In this document: piece by piece, positions 14,256 through 27,300 of the stretch
How the letters are laid out: every line of letters begins with the position of its first letter
Position numbering within the stretch: the first letter of the stretch is position 1
Source of the DNA: Balanoglossus misakiensis
Lineage: Eukaryota > Animalia > Hemichordata
Direction of reading: 5' to 3'
Length of the DNA stretch: 64,000 nucleotides
NCBI GenBank assembly: GCA_040954595.2
Contig: CM082592.2
Span: 2,793,462-2,857,461, forward strand
Made by a program: the position numbers and the translations under genes
Notes under the pieces: model-generated
Told to the model about the DNA's origin: nothing
The model's input: only the letters and a program-made list of their open reading frames with translations
Database searches by the model: none

Positions 14256-17200
14256 ACAACACCACCACCTGTATCATCTTTTTGAGTATATGAAAATGGA
14301 CAGTGGATTTTCCAAGCGATGTTTTAGCAGTCTGGAAAAACTCTCTGTCCATGTTACTGGCGTAGGGGACATGGTTATGTTTCTATAAAACTTAGTCCAT
14401 AACACTAATACACTCGTTTCAATTCGTACTTTTAAAATATAAATGCAACAGACAAGCTATTTAAAATGTATCCATCATAAACATCCTTTACGTGGTAGTC
14501 GGTTTTCTTCCCCTCCATATTACTACAATCTCGCTCTACTGTCTAATACTTCTACCTTTCACTTTTTGATCAAATTGGACAATGCGCCAATGTGCAAAAC
14601 ACACCGATTGCGGGAGTGTGTAATACTTACATATAGTTTTGGTTGCATTGTTGTGATGCTTTAAATCGATTTATTTTGTCATTTCTCGATGACCATGTGG
14701 TATCACAGAAAAGCAAGCATGGATTTCCATGTACTCTTTGGCCTTATTATTGAAAATAAAACATGTAAGAAGTACTACAAATTATTATTATTTTCTCTGT
14801 AAAGGTGTCATGTCACAGTAACCGGCGTTAGATTGCGTACAAATACAGTGATAATGGACTAGCCAATCAGGCCACGTGTACAGAAATCATGATGTAAGGG
14901 ATGTTTCCTTCTTCGGCGCAAGAGTTACTTAATGGCACTTGATAACACTGTTTCCATTGCCCATAAACCACATCTGTTTCTCATGTTATTTCGGAAATAA
15001 TGGAATTATCAAATCTAGTCCCTTTTACAGTCAACATAAAATCAAACGGACGTGCTGCAGTCAATAGGACCCATAGAATGCACAACAGACTACGCTTTCA
15101 TCCATATCTACTCCGCTTAGCACCGAAATCACAAGTGCTGGTAATCACGTGTTTGCCTTCAGTATTAATTTTTACCAGACGTCATATCAATTTAAGTTGT
15201 TCAAATATGTTATTACTGACATTCCAAAATAAAAATTCAATGCTAGAATATGATAAAACGACCACAAGCGGCATATGATCCAAAAATGTGAATGGGTTTT
15301 GGATTCATGTTTATTTATAACCGATGGAAATTGCGTGAAAATTGGTGTGAAAAAAAAACAGAGTAAGAAACACTGTGATACTTTAATATGTCAGAAAATA
15401 GATTTGAATGGTTTGACACACTTTGTTATGGAATCGATCTGCCTTATGTCAAAAACGATGTCATGCACATGAAAATGAGTCTGAATATTTTCTCATTAAA
15501 CATTTCTCTGAGGAATTCAAATTGAGGTCATTTATTGGGTGATAGTCAGCTTATATTTATGCGATGCGGTTCAACATTGGCGTCATGGTAACAACGCAGT
15601 AAACGCTCACCTTGACACAACTGTGAGAAACTAGGCTTATACATGCATGGGGGGAGCGGACATTTAAGCTTTTTGTCAGATTATCTGGCTACAGCTGTGG
15701 AGCCACGCCTTTCGGGGGCAATACCGCCATATTTTCAAAGAATCGCTAATCCTATTTTAGGACACTGCCTTTGATGACAGATTGCTCGGCACTGATTTGA
15801 AATGCATGTCTTCAACAAATATTCGAACTCTCCATTACTTTTCCCATTCAAACGCTGCCCTGGTTGCTAGGAAACGTAGGTGTTCTCCGTTGTGTCAAAA
15901 GCTGAACATAATAAATCTAGATGTGGGAACTGGAGGACGATCTGAACTTGTGAATCAAAACAAAACAAACAGACTTCAGAAACCAGAAAGTGGGATGAGA
16001 GAACATGAGAAAATCCTGACGTATGATAATCAATTAGTCCGATTTATATTCCAATGCAACTACAATTCACGGACATCAACAACAACACATATTTCTCATA
16101 TCACACACATCGTGATAGAAACACATTTATGGAGAATGATTTTTGTGAAGACATAAAAGTAGTTCGGAAAAAGTAGTTCGTGTCACAACTCATCACCGCG
16201 TGACACATTATAACGCTCCGCTTTGTATTGTGGTGCGGCATGGCTCTCGTCCCGCACCAAGTTTTTTTCCAACTCAAGAAATTTGCAGTCGCTGCTGTTG
16301 TCGGCATTGCGATCATTTCCAACAAACATTCAAGATCGTATTAGGAACATGAACTTTCAAGCAAACTGTAAAGACGACCCCCATAGTTAAATATGAATTT
16401 CGTCCCGTGGTATTTTGCTAAAGATCAGAGAAAACGAGTGCTCGTGGATTGGAGCTGATGCCATGAGATTTCTAGAATCATTCAGTGCATCTCGAAATCC
16501 AATTAAGTACGATCAATCGAAGCTTTCAACTGATATAATTCAAAACAAATCCCTACAATGTGAATCTCAGTGGTTATTTTTCTGTAATGAATACAATAGA
16601 ATTCCACTTCGCTTGATGGTGATTTGTGATTGCGCGAATTGTGAGTATTTTGGCCGATGCTGTTCCCATTGCCAGACATTTCACTTAAGTGACACCTGCT
16701 TCTAACTTTGAAAATCTACAGCGAAAAATGACGTCTCCTACAATACAACATCCGTGCTAAAAAGGCAAATTTTCTAAGCAGCAACCTTTTTTCTGGGTCC
16801 ATGGGTGACAAGCAATACACACATGGAGCAATTGCACTAAAATCTGTTAACAATTTTCGCCAACAAAGCACGAGAGACGCCATCGTGTACAAATCACACT
16901 CGTTTTAGGGCACGGTTGAGTGGCCACAAATCTCTCAGCTTAAACCATATGACATCTACAAACACACAGCGACATGGAATCGGTAGCCATAACACGGCGG
17001 ATGGTACACAGCCTATACATATGCAGCATATGTGCAATTATGTACATGTATTAAACTGGATACAACGTGTACACGTCTGCCGGATTTATGGGAATTCTGA
17101 AATCACTGAAACGATGTTCGACAGACGTGTCAATATTGTCGTATGCTATGCACCATTCATATTAGGGAGCCACCATAAAGAACAAAGTAAACTTGCAAAT

Positions 17201-18937
17201 AGAGAAAACATGCTGACCAGATTAAATGAGATTAAACGATTTGATTTCGATTTCTTTGTCAGCCTTACCCTTTGACCCCGATGGGAGACAGCAGCAGGTG
17301 GCTTGTGACGTCATCACAACAATAGTCAACCAACAGAGAACAGGCTATGTAAATATATTTCCAGATTTAATTTCAGATATATGGTAAATGATGAACAAGA
17401 TCGCATCAAACTGGCCTGTGTTGAAATACAACAGCTTGTGCAAGAACATGGTGGAATGTTTGGCAGGCGACGGCCTTGCAGATAATCACAGACGACGGAA
17501 AAGATGAAGTTTTGAAAAAAATGAAAGTGTTATCCGATTTGGTAATTATTTTTGACAAAGGAAAGAAAATGTTGATAATGGTCGCTTGAAATGTGGGTGT
17601 GGAGATACTCAATATGTAACCACTATGCAAGATAGTCATTATCGTTCAATATCCAATCGCTTCTCCGAAAAACAGGATTTTCAAAGTTTCATTGAACATT
17701 ATTAGAGTGGGTGTAGGTTAGCTGCAGCAATAATTGTAGCCTTGGTGGGTTGGTTTGGCCATCAGCGCGATCCAGCCACCCAACTCATATTAACTCAATA
17801 TTTGACATAGATGTGTGCGATGGACGGCGAGGAATCGGTCAGACCATATCGGCTCCCCGGTCCAATTGGCCTGCGACCGATATTTTATGGAAAACACTCA
17901 GTTGCCAAACTTTTTAGGCCACAATCGCCATCCTGTAATTTATTTGCTAAAATCTCAATAGTGCGTGGAAAGGTACACGCACTTGCGCTTTCTACCGTGC
18001 AGTGCAATGAATTAAAACCGTCACCCGAACAAAGTACACAATATGTAATGCCTGTGTTTACTAGTACGTTCTTGTAGGGCAGAAGTGCGTATGTGTATGG
18101 CACGTGTCTCCTGTCTCCAACTGCGGCGACACCTTTCGCCAAAATGTCCGTGTGTGCGTGAAAACCTCCCAAAATTAAAATGAACTAAAAGTCCCTTTTG
18201 TTCACAGTGTGTCATTTCATGTACACAAATAATCTAGCGTTCGCGGATTCTTTCAAGTGCAGATTATGCTTCGCAGAGATTTGGGGGCATGCAGTTCATT
18301 ACTTTGTTTTGCGATACGAATGTACGCCTATTTGCTGACAATGTGTTGCCCCCTTCCAAAGGTATTTGGCGGCCTGTTTGACAAATGTGACCAAATGACA
18401 CGGAAAATATGTGGATGTAACTATGAACATTAAGAAGCATGAAATGCAACTTAAATTGACCTTGATTTCAAGTAGAAATATTTCGTCAGAAATTATGAAT
18501 GGTAAAGGTGTCACAGGAATGTAATATACGATATAGCTTTGATGGGGGTTTCAACGGACAGAAATAATGGCAAAAGTTGCACTACATTTTGAAAAATACA
18601 AGTCTGTTCTTTTCAAATGTCATCCCATGAACGGATTAAATTTTGTCACCAACATATGGCTAGCAGCACTGGATATAATGTGAATTGACATGACGTGTAA
18701 AGCATCACCGACATCAATGAAAAACAGTCGCATTTCAAAGGATCTTAAATTTTATGAATAATTTCAGTCGCATTTCAAAAGACAATGACAGTTTTAAGAG
18801 GAACGTTCCTTTTTCATATTCGGCCATTGTTCGCGATAGTGGAGTATTAAATAACAGCATGGTACAGGAGGGCACGGCCATATTGTACACACGCTCCCTT
18901 GTTCTGACACGGAAAGTGATACGTGTACGTGTGTCTC

Positions 18938-18978
18938 TGTGTGTGTGTGTGTGTGTGTGTGTGCGTGCGTGTGTGTTT
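18938..18978. repeat. (GT)n microsatellite, possibly part of a microsatellite-bearing interspersed repeat extending to ~19330
   Basis: TG run followed by GCGATATCTC...GATTGAAACTAAATTTGG, a layout reminiscent of DINE-1-like non-autonomous elements (inference). Confidence 0.8.
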
Positions 18979-21900
18979 GTGCGATATCTCAAGAATAGCT
19001 TGTCAGATTGAAACTAAATTTGGTATAAAGAAATAGTTTCGAAATGACAAAAACTAATTAGACTTTTGGAGGATATCGCTTGCATAATTAAATCACTTGC
19101 ATGGTTTCAGCAAAGTAACATAAATTCCGAGAACTACTAATTGACTTGACCTGAAAACTGGTACATTTGCATATTGCATGAACTTTAATTTGCAATAGTT
19201 GTTACATGCGAAGAAATTCTACACATAATTAGATGAAACTTGTTTCAGATTTTGATATTATGAAGACGTAGCTATTGAGCATATCTGGTGCCATAAAATT
19301 AAAGTGCCAATAGGCACATTCGATTCCAGTTTGTAATTAAGAACAATGTATCAAGTTTATGAAAATTCGTGTTGATACAATTGATTTGAGAGACATTTTA
19401 TAGTTTAACAGTCATATCAATCAACTGCCTATATATTGCAACTCAGAGTGTATATACCTTTCTATAAAAGTAAGACGAACAAATTCTGAGAGTTGTGTTG
19501 CAGTTCTAGTCCAAACGGATGCCATCATGTATATGGTATATTGAACGAGATTTCAACCGCACACCTGCAGTCTCACAAAAGGCACTCCCCCTCAAAGCAA
19601 AACACGGGAGCATATTTATTTCATGTCTGGTTTTAGTGCAGAAATTAAATATTGCCTTTTCATTGAAAGTATCCGTGTTCTTATTCAATCTAGAATGACT
19701 GCAAATCAATTTTTAATGTCAAATCGTGACGTAACCAAATTTCTTGACTTAGTAATAAAACCAAGCGTGACTTCCATTTAACCTTTTCTCGGGATACCAG
19801 TGGCTGTTTCAAACTAACCCTTGTTATATTGGCATTCTTTATAGGAATAAGTTCATAGGTCATCGTTTAGTTTCGTCGACCGACTGACTTTGTAAGGTGA
19901 GAATGTGAATACTATATTAAATATTACACATAGACTGTAGTTCATACATGTATGTCAGTAGGGTACATGGTCCTTCTGTCGGCATAGCTAAGCATGATTT
20001 CGGTATTAAAATTAAACTATTGCAATTTCGCAGACGAACTCAGTATAGTTATATATCAAATAGTACTCTCCTGACCGTTTCTACAACCATGTTGCCATAG
20101 TTACAGATTGAAACGAACCAAATGTTACCATAGTAAGCAATATGTGATGAGCATAGCGTAGATTAAAATGTAATATTTTAATTAATTCCAGAGGCGTTTT
20201 AAAATCACGGTTTTCTTGAATTGAAAGTTTGACTTCGTGCATACTCCATAATTACTTGTCTGTGGTGGTATTTTCAGCATTGCACCCTGGCGTTAAGTAC
20301 AGAAACCGCTGCCACTGATATCAATTGTTCGCGCCAGGTAGAGGATTTACGTTCTGATCAAAACGTATAGCTACACACTGTGAGCTTCGGAACCGGATGG
20401 CGTTAACGTGAAATTGAATACTGAATTCTTTGTCATTGAAAGGATAGCATTTTCGTGCCTTGAATATAGGATGTTTGCTTTATTTTTTCTTCACTTTTAT
20501 TTCTCTTAATGTAACTGTTCTAGAAGAGAATATGTTGAGAAACTGCTGCTAACTGGAGTAATGATAGTATGCTTACATGTCCGTAGAATGCATGATCGCA
20601 ACAAACAAGAAGGGTTTGACATTTATATATATACTTGGCACTATTGACAGTTTTTATTTTGGTACTACGTGATGCTATTCTAACATCCAACTCTTCATAT
20701 TGAAAATATTTCTGTAGTGCAGCAACCATGCTGTTACTACAAAGTGAGATGAATAGAAATTTCATTTCAGACGGAAAATAAGAGGGACAGCGTTTTCCAC
20801 TAACAGAGAGTTTTTGTATGGACAAGGAGAAATGTTGCGATATTATAAAATCCATGAAAGAAGTTGTTTTCCGCCTTTGTAGAATGTCCATCGGATAGAT
20901 CGACATAAAAAATTGCGTATAAAATGAAGTTTGTGGACTTAGCATATCGATGTCCCATTTTCACCCTGCTTTGAGATTGTGGTGAAAACAAGCCCTCAAG
21001 ACATGATATACAACTTATCAATCACACTGAAAAAAAAGTTAACAATTACAATGATCGATCACATAAAAATAACAAATGATCGAACACCACCGTTACTAAT
21101 CGATCGATCATGTTGTGACTACTGATACAATTCCTTCGAGAGGGGTTCGTTCTCTTATGACAAATATTCTAAAAATGAAACGACCAAAAATTGACCTGAT
21201 CTTGTTGAAGTCAATGACCAGTAATAGTTGTTTTTTAATTCATTATCTCTGTCACTGTTGTAGACAATCTTTACCAAACAACCAGATTGTGACCAAATGT
21301 CTATTCTATGCGGCCTTTTTCTCGATCCCAGGGCAGTACAATGTTGAGCAAGGCCTTTAACACCACTGGGGCATTTGTGTTCATTTATAAAGCATATCAT
21401 CGGCTAAACTTTGATGAACACAGAACGTTCTCGTAGTCAACTGTCTTCAGACACCAACAGATATTTCACTGGATTAATACGTTTTGCGTTTTCCCAGTAG
21501 GAGTACTTGGAATTAGTCGGACAGACACGGTAATTGGACGTGTTACAAGCTGTGTAACATTGTAAGACTGCGATCCGTCATTGCATCATGCGCTGGCTGC
21601 TCATTTGGGGGAAAGTTGGTCAAATCTTGCCAGCTGAACAGTTCAGTCTATCATAAACCCGTGCGATCAACTGAAGCATTCGTTATCGGGTTTATTTGCT
21701 CCTCGGATCATATTCACATATCGGGTTGAGTGAACTTTAGATAAAGGTTGAATTCCGCGAAATAAAAGAAACATGTACTGCGCATTGCAAGTACGAATCT
21801 GCGACATTTCGCGGAATACTGAAATTGTATATATGAGATACGACTGCATGTTTATCTGATAGGGCAGATATTCCTGACCATGTGACTGTGATTTCCATGC

Positions 21901-23332
21901 AGAGTCACGGTTCCACAAAGTTTACTATTGATTCGGGGATAACTATATTAATGACTTTATAATGAGAAACTAGATGTACAGCAGACATGACGTCTGCTTT
22001 TCTCGAATCTCAGCGAAACCTATGTTTCCGCACGAAATGTTGAAATGTAACTTTGTTTTCGAGTCGAGGTAAATGCAAAATCTTGAGTTCATTCAGCTAT
22101 TATTGATGATTCCGAAAAGCACAGAAACTTTAAAAGAAAACCAGATTCTTATCTCTCATGAACGCAATATCTAAATATGACAGCCATGCCACCAGACTCT
22201 GTTCTATTAATGATCGATACATGGTACAATTCATGTATTTCAATGTGGAACTGAGATTATTAGTCTAAACCTATTGCATTTGTGTTGCAATTTTTGGCTA
22301 GCAGTTTCGCAAACACTTTCACTTTCTTTCTCCAATCCTTTTCTAAAAAACTTACGTTTTATTCGTGTTTTGGCTTTGTTTATTTTGCTATATTTATAAA
22401 TATTAACAGATTTTGAAAGATCATGAACACGGGACTTGTTTTTATGTAGGTTTTCCGAATAAACAAATATAACGTATTCTAGGACTGTCCCTTATAAGTC
22501 AAAACATATCCGGGAACTATTTGTTTTATTTGTTCAGTATTTGGATACAGCAGTAGTACATATATTCACTGTGTATGCCTATATACCATATGTATTATAC
22601 GACACAGACCGACTGGGTTTACTGATTGTCAGGATTGAAAGGTATTTTCAATATCAGAGACAAAAACACAACCATACAACGGGCATTTCCCCGCAATTCC
22701 CCGTTCCTCGCGCACGCAAGACTCAGAGACTTGTCAGACATATTATAAAACACGACAGCGCTTGCTCGCTCGTCATCAAAACCTTGGCAAGATATTATCA
22801 CAAGAGGGCGCCAAAGGTCAACATGCTGCAAGGTGTTGGCTGATCGTTAATAATGTATTTTCTTCCACGGGATTTCTTTTGTGACAAAAACAGGGCAGTT
22901 TAATACGAGTGTGCAGGAATCGCATGTGACAGCTTCCGGTTCCATTGTTGGAGAATGAGGTCTACCAATTGACTGCCACTAACGCACATTACAAAACATG
23001 CATGCATCAGCTACAGTATCAAAATGGGATAACATCAAAATATTTGGTATGGACCATTTGTAACTGGGGTAGATCACTGGATATCAGGGGAGGGGGAAAA
23101 GAAAAAAGATTCTGGTGGAACACTCTTGAAAAAAGAGTAAAAAATCTAGCAATGGGTACCTTTAAATTGTGGATTCTGATATGAATTTTATGGCCTCCTT
23201 TTTGGGTATGATTTCATTACAAAATACAACATTGGGTGAAATGTTATAATATCGTGTTCAAGAAACTCTCGAGACAATTTCTATGTGTGTAAGCACAATA
23301 TCATTATACAACTGACAAACTGTTAATACAAA

Positions 23333-23338
23333 TTTATT
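23333..23338 (-). terminator. Candidate polyadenylation signal of the Ice2-like gene
   Basis: AATAAA on the - strand about 780 nt after the stop, followed by T/GT-rich sequence. It lies near the change in CpG density. Confidence 0.35.
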
Positions 23339-24112
23339 TTTACAAACAAACTTAACCAGAAATTGGTTTCATTAATTCTTAGTACAAAACTGCCAACATG
23401 AATGTCCAAGTTCGCAGTCAAATTACAAGTCAAATCAAATTGAATGACAAGATATTGTGAATACTGTCTCCAAACACTACAGTAGTTCCCTCAATGATTT
23501 TTACTAAGTGTTGATTTCTTTGTGTCAGCATTATACCGCTACATGAAATGTGGGGAGAATTACCTTGTGTTGAGTCAGTGGCGTGTCATATTGGCTTTAA
23601 GGGCACACTGCATTGGAGGCAAAGCCTTACACGTCAATACAATGTAGAGTGATGGAAAAGTGATGGAAATACCAACACACTCTTTGCCATATTGTAGATA
23701 ATCACACATTTCATAGCTATTGTCACTAGCTCCACTACAACACTGTGGATGAACGTTGTAACTTGCTTTCTCTGACTTTCAGTAAATTTATAAGTTATGA
23801 AAACAACCTTAGTACCACCAAACCCCCTCCCCCTATATTTATAGATTCATCTTGTATAGTGTGAAAATTGAATTTCACTATGAGCTTGGAGACACTTTTC
23901 CATGAAACAAATGCCTAAAATGACACAGGAAAACTGTTAATAATAGATTTTACTTCTACTTATTTTATTTTCCATTTGTTCTCACACTTTACCAGTGAGA
24001 GCAGATTGTAAAGAAACGACCTGAATAACTTCTCAGAATTTAAAAAAAAATCACTGAAGAAAATTTCCATAATTGGTCAACTCTAAGCTGGTCATATAAA
24101 CTGAACAGAACA

Positions 24113-24394
24113 CTACAATTCTCCTGCAATAAAATCATCAGCATAATAAAGTCTATAGAAATAAACCCCAACCAGGACGAATATTTGGCAGAGTCTAGCT
24201 AATCCCAAATTAGCCAGCAACCCTTGGTAGAGATCTCCACCCAAAGCGTCCTTTGAACTGTGTCTTTCCACGTTGTACACTACAAGTTGTGTGTACGTAA
24301 AGATCAATGCTAACTTAATCAGCAACGGTGATTTCCAGTTGAGTAGAGACGACACGGTCATATCTTCATCCTCATCAGCATAGGATTCAGATTC
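24113..24394 (-). CDS. Ice2-like gene terminal exon 8
   Basis: Acceptor ctttttatcttacag, phase 0. Encodes ESESYADEDEDM...SPLLIKLALIFTYTQLVVY...LARLCQIFVLVGVYFYRLYYADDFIAGEL*, with two hydrophobic segments. Confidence 0.82.
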   Translation of the reverse strand, partial: ESESYADEDEDMTVSSLLNWKSPLLIKLALIFTYTQLVVYNVERHSSKDALGGDLYQGLLANLGLARLCQIFVLVGVYFYRLYYADDFIAGEL

Positions 24395-27300
24395 CTGTAA
24401 GATAAAAAAGAAAGTTAATCTGGAGCCCTGTAACTTATCCAACGATAATTTATCCAAAGATTCAATAAACAATATGGGGATGAAGCTCAACTCACCTACA
24501 TGTATGCTATAATGCATTGTGGGTAATATCTTGACTAGTTTCCTTTGGTATTGGATGTCCCTAGTCCTACTCTAGGCTAGTAAAGTGTAGTACTGTATAT
24601 AATAATGTTTTATAGCAAACATCCTTTACGAAGGATTCACATCAATTCATGTTAAGGTAGATGCCTACCCAGATGCAGTGCGGAAAGTGGCATGACGACC
24701 ATTGAATAGTGAATACTGGAGCGAAAGAAGCCAACCACGCTAAGACTCAAGACTCAAAACTCAAATATGTGTTAACCTGCCCCCATATTGCATTGAGCTT
24801 GGCACATCAGTTAGATTCCGCTAAATGAAACTTATCACACTGTTGTATGATTCCAAGTATTTTAGTCAGTCAGCTTGTTGTAGACACTACAACAGATGGT
24901 ACAGGCGTTGAATCGCACCATTGATGACACGAGCCCTATAGTGCATACCTATGCCTAACTGTTTACCAGTTCACGATTCAAACATATTAGTTTACTAGTA
25001 TCAACTTGGTCGGAAGCTAGTAAAAGGCATTGATTTTTGTAAAGCAAAACACACTCCACATCCTTCATTGCACGAATCATCTTTTTGTCGAGGAAAGTGA
25101 AATTAAAGGAAGTGTACAATTAAAAATTCGGAAAATCCAACTTTTTTGGAGTTGGGTTTTCAGCCTTCAAGCTTGCTAGGAAGCCCTACAAGTTCACCAG
25201 TATGATCGCCATGTTCCACAGTGTCAGAACTTGGCTCGCCTTTTCTCTTGTGTTTCGGAATGCAGCAGTCCTACTGACAATACGGCGCTCATACTATCAC
25301 ACTTGCTCATACTATCACTATCGTAATGTCATCTCATGTTAGTTCTTCTGTCACATGTCAGTCCTGCTGACACCAAGTACGAAACACGTACCATTTTAGG
25401 TAAAATTGTACTGTTGGTGAAACTGGCTGCACTATCAACCATAGCCGCCATTTTTATTTTGCAGAGATGTGTGAGGCATTCTGGGACATATTCTCATCAA
25501 GGGGGACACCAACGTGGTGCGCCGACCGCTCCACCATAAGATTCAATGCATGCATGGGTTGCTATTGCAGCAAGATTCCAAATACATCCTTCTAACCACG
25601 AAAAAAAAATTCTGTTCCAATGTTTTTCTAGTTTTATGACCCCTGCTATTTTGCAACTTTTCAACTCCTGATAGAATAGTGCAAATCACTGACATCAATA
25701 AAGACAGACATTCTTTTTTTCTGAAAATTTGTACTGTCCTCAGATAAGGCCATAAGAGATCAATTCGACAGAGCTGCATGCAGGCTGCTTCTCATTGGTT
25801 CATATTTGTCAATTCAATCTGAAACAGGTGTACAGCAGGTGCATGTACGACTCAAACCATAAAATGGAATCTTCTGAGGCCTTGTGGCAAGTTATTTAAC
25901 CTTAAACCTTGGTGATTGACATCCCCCCCCATGCCACACAAAGTTGCACCTGTACACCGATGATGAACAACTACCTTCCATCTGACCTGCAACTGTTTTG
26001 CAAGGGTGTTTTTCATTGGTCATAACGCCAGTTTTCCAATTGGTAAAGTTAGATTTCAAATTTTCATGTCTGAATATTGTTGGGAAAGCTAATATGTACG
26101 CATCATGACAGATATAGTTTGAATATTTACATCCAAAACTAATTTTCAAAAGAATACATTGGAGATATTTGAAAATGGCATATAAGGTCAGGTATCTAGA
26201 CAGACTGATGCAGTGATGACAGTATTACTTATGATAGAAAATAAAATAAAATAAAAAATTAATGTTACTATTAATTTGTTTTAATACTTTATAAGTTTTA
26301 TTGTAAGTAAATACAGTACTAATTTTGAAATAGGTGTTGTCAATGCATCGAATATGTTGCAGGTTTACCACGATCATTTTTATACATGATTTATAGTTGC
26401 ACGTTAATATCATTTTGACAGATTAATAAATTAAACAAATTATATTAATTCAGATTTATTACCAGGATGCATTGTTGGATGGTGAAAATCAATGGAAACA
26501 ACATTTGGAGAGAATATGCCATTTGCATACTAGTGTAGTAGGGCAATCAAATGATTTGGTGTGTCAAGAAATAAGTATAACCACGTTGCTGACATACTTT
26601 GTAGGTGAGTGTTTACTAACTACGTGTCTTTGGCCCATTTCGTGGAGAAAATGATCGATAATCAAAACAGGAAACAGTTGATGATGCTTGACACCTGGAA
26701 TTACACTGTTGCTTAGTAACAGCTTCCGTTTAGCTTCTGTGTAATTTTGATAACCATCATAGCATAACCTAAGACCTTTCATGTGTCGTTTTTTTTTTTA
26801 AAAAAGAGAGCATTATAAAATTTCAATTCTTTCACATGTCAGAAAAAGCTTGTTATGCTTTCAACTCTGTGACACTGAAATGTTCTTTAATGCATTTTTA
26901 ATCATAGACTGCTGCAGAGTGTGTAATCTTTGGTTGAACAAGCTCTGAAGTGAACTTTAATCAAAGTCTGTCAACAATAAATCCAGGCCTGCTACTTGAA
27001 TCCACAGGCACCCATGTTTTTATTTTTCAATTCAATTTTCAATTCAATGTATTACCCTTGTTGAGAAGTATTTACATAACTCGTGAGTAAAAATAGTGGA
27101 TATAAAAGTGTGATCAAAAACAACACTTCAATCATGTGACTTTCACACAGAATTTATTACTTTTAATGGGACCTGTAATTACAGTGGTCCCCGTGTTGCT
27201 AGAAGTTTCTGCATGAAAATGTACTTAGAGACGATAATTCCCCTGTGCCAATAGGTATGTATGCCGTTTAACTCGAGTACACCCAGCGGCTGTATTGAAT

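Noticed and set aside
13979-14352. Poly-Ile, poly-Ser and poly-Met ORFs
   Set aside because: They are translations of the (CAT)n microsatellite.
25959-25985. ATGATGA...CTGA resembling a box C/D snoRNA
   Set aside because: The spacing is far too short for a snoRNA.
26598-26694. Possible 97-nt cassette exon on the - strand (ttccag...GTATGT)
   Set aside because: Weak pyrimidine tract, frameshifting and not needed for the protein; no evidence beyond the dinucleotides.
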